Shown here: positions 61,555 through 64,000 of the stretch, in pieces | Layout: each line of letters opens with the position of its first letter | Numbering within the stretch: the stretch's first letter is position 1 | Assembly (NCBI RefSeq): GCF_006345805.1 | Contig: NC_043003.1 | Span: forward strand, 12,834,001 to 12,898,000 | Source: Octopus sinensis | Lineage: Eukaryota | Reading direction: 5' to 3' | Length of the DNA: 64,000 nucleotides | Translations under genes and position numbers: made by a program | The notes under the pieces: model-generated | What the model saw: only the letters and a program-made list of their open reading frames with translations | Told to the model about the DNA's origin: nothing | The model's database searches: none

Positions 61555-63096
61555 GAGTGAGAGAGCAGTGCATGCCATCAAAGTGACACTTCGTAAAATA
61601 TACGAAGCCCAGTATACCCATCATGACTACCCGTCTGATAAGGGTACACCAGGCACATGCATCACAACCATATGTGCGCGACATGGTGATCTCATATCAA
61701 GATAAACAGCACATGACCTTGCAGGTGGAGCCCGATTTGAATTTTCTTCTGGTCGAGTAACTCATCCTGCTCAAAAGATCCCTGAATAAAGGTTGTTTAA
61801 GGATGTTAAACGAAACACCCATGTTTCCAGAGGTGAATTATTCAAACCCTAAATAATCCCTCTCAAAACGTGGCTATGATGCTCCCCCACTACTTCTGCT
61901 CGTGATCAGAGATGCACATATCGTCACCCACTAAGGGACATGCTCAACTGGTTATGGTCAAACAACTGACAAGCAAATCTGTGGTATTGGACAGAATATT
62001 TGCTGTAGCCCATCTTTTATACCAATACAAAACAATGTACATGATAACACTTCCAATCAATTAAGATCAGAAGCCATGAGAGCCACTGCCTGGTACTGCA
62101 TCAGGGCATTTATTATTATTATTATTAATTATGAATATTATTGCTTTTGTTTAAGGCAGTGATTTGGCAGAATTGTTACTGCACTGGAAAAACAGCTTAG
62201 TGGCATTTCTTCTGAATTCACGTTCTGAGTTCAAATGCCTCTGTGTTTGGCTTTACCATTTGTGTGTGTGTGGGGGGTCAATGAAATATGTACCAGTTGA
62301 ATACTGGGGGGGGGGTGTAATCAATTTGCTCCCTCCTCTGAAATTGCATGTTTTGTCTCAAAATTTGAAACTAAAAGCAGCAAGCTACCAGAATCATTGG
62401 CATGTTGGGCACAGTGCTTAGCAGCTTTTTGTCTGTCTTCACAATCTGAGTTCAAACCTTGCTGAGGTCGATTTTGCTTTTCATCCTTTTGGGTGGGGTC
62501 GATGAAATTAGTACCAGTTGAACAATGGAGCCCAATGTAATCAACTTTCTCCCTCCCCTGAAATTGCTGGCCTTGTGCCAAAATTTTAAACAAACATTAT
62601 TGGTCTTTTTTCTTTTCTTCATAATTGTTTATTCTCATAATCATCATCATCATGATCATTGAGACAAACAAGTGTCAAAGCTTATTTCTTTTCTTGTTGA
62701 ATTGTTCTCATCTGAAATATCCTTGTTTATATCTGAAATCTTGATTAGAGAGAGATTAGTTGCAGGTGCTCCAGTATGGCCACTGCTTCTGTGTACGAAC
62801 TGGTAAAGCAATAGTTTTTTTATTTTTTATTTAGTGTAATGCAAAGAATTAAAAATCCTTATGGTATTCAGTTAATTCTCTATATGTTCCGAGTTCTGAT
62901 TCCTTTGAGGACCTTGCTTTTCATTGTTCCAGGAAGTTAAGATATCAATACCGGTCAGCGACTTGGAGTCAGTTTGATTGATCCTTTTTTTGCTTCTCCA
63001 AAATTCGAGGCCTTACGTTTGTATAAGAAATTATGATCATTATTATATGTTTGTATAAGAAATTATCATTATTATTATTACATGTTTGTATAAGAA

Positions 63097-63139
<43 letters not shown>

Positions 63140-64000
63140 GGCTTCTGTGTTTCTTTTCATATTTTGAAAATCATGCCTAATGTTCCAGTTATTGGTGTTG
63201 TTCTTTTCATCTTCATGCTGCACGTCTTTGAATTCTTCAATTTCAAGGTTCTTGTACTTAGGCAGAATCATTTAGCATGTTGGGGAAAAATGCTTAACAG
63301 TATTTCTTCTGGCTATGCATTCTGAGTTCAAACTCTGCTGCGGTCAACTGTACCTTTCATCTTTTCTAGGGCAATAAAATACGAAGAGTGCAATACGATT
63401 TCAAGGTTGTGTAACCCTTTCATTACTGTATTTATTTTGAGATGTTCTGTGTTTCTTTCAGTTATTTTAAATATAAAAAAGAATTTAGTAAAATAACTTA
63501 GTTATCATTCAGCTAGTGTTAGGAACATAAATTGTGACTAAGGTTTCGTGGAAGATTTTAATTCAGAACTTATGAAAACAAGGCATTTGTACTACAGAAC
63601 CAGAGATGGTTTCAGCCGGGTCAATATCGAAAAGGTTAAGAATTGTTTCTCTATTGTATATTTTAACCCTTTTGTTACTGTATTTCTGTTGAGATGCTCT
63701 GTGTTTCTTTCAATTACTTTAAATATAACAAAGAATTTAGTAAAATAACTTAGTTATCATTAAGCTTGTGTTAGGAACATAAATTGTGACTAAGGTTTGG
63801 TGGAAGATTTTAATTCAGAACTTATGAAAACAAGACATTTGTACTACAGAACCAGAGGTGGTTTCAGCTGGGTCAGTATTGAAAAGGTTAAGAATTGTTT
63901 CTCTATTGTATATTTTAACCCTTTTGTTACCGTATTTCTGTTGAGATGCTCTGTGTTTCTTTCAATTAATTTTAAATATAACAAAGAATTTAGTAAAATA

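Overview
AT-rich eukaryotic genomic DNA. The repeat families look like coleoid cephalopod, probably Octopus (inference from recall, not a database search). The window is almost entirely intronic: it holds the middle of a + strand MED25 (Mediator subunit 25) gene. Three exons (1400-6633) encode the ACID/PTOV activator-binding domain, four short exons (16101-48610) encode the Met/Gln/Pro-rich linker, and one more exon is probable at 60173. Neither the start nor the stop of the gene is visible. The introns are filled with tRNA-derived SINEs, 5'-truncated RTE LINE ends with (GAT)n tails, CR1/L2 and Penelope fragments, TTAA-flanked piggyBac-type MITEs, non-autonomous Helitrons, a 72-bp minisatellite and microsatellites. 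Apart from the MED25 exons and LINE/Penelope remnants, the ORFs in the supplied track look like repeat artefacts. The most notable signal is a ribozyme cluster at 31680-32948. Two apparently intact type I hammerhead ribozymes lie on the minus strand 418 nt apart inside a tandem repeat, which is the layout of a non-LTR retrozyme (a candidate circular-RNA producer). Next to them is a ~470-bp palindrome with two divergent tRNA-like Pol III heads, each leading to a Penelope-type minimal hammerhead. Other points of interest: an old intronic duplication with promoter-like and exon-like modules, several long foldback hairpins, MITE tandems that share a spacer, and an element flanked by (ATT)n on both sides.
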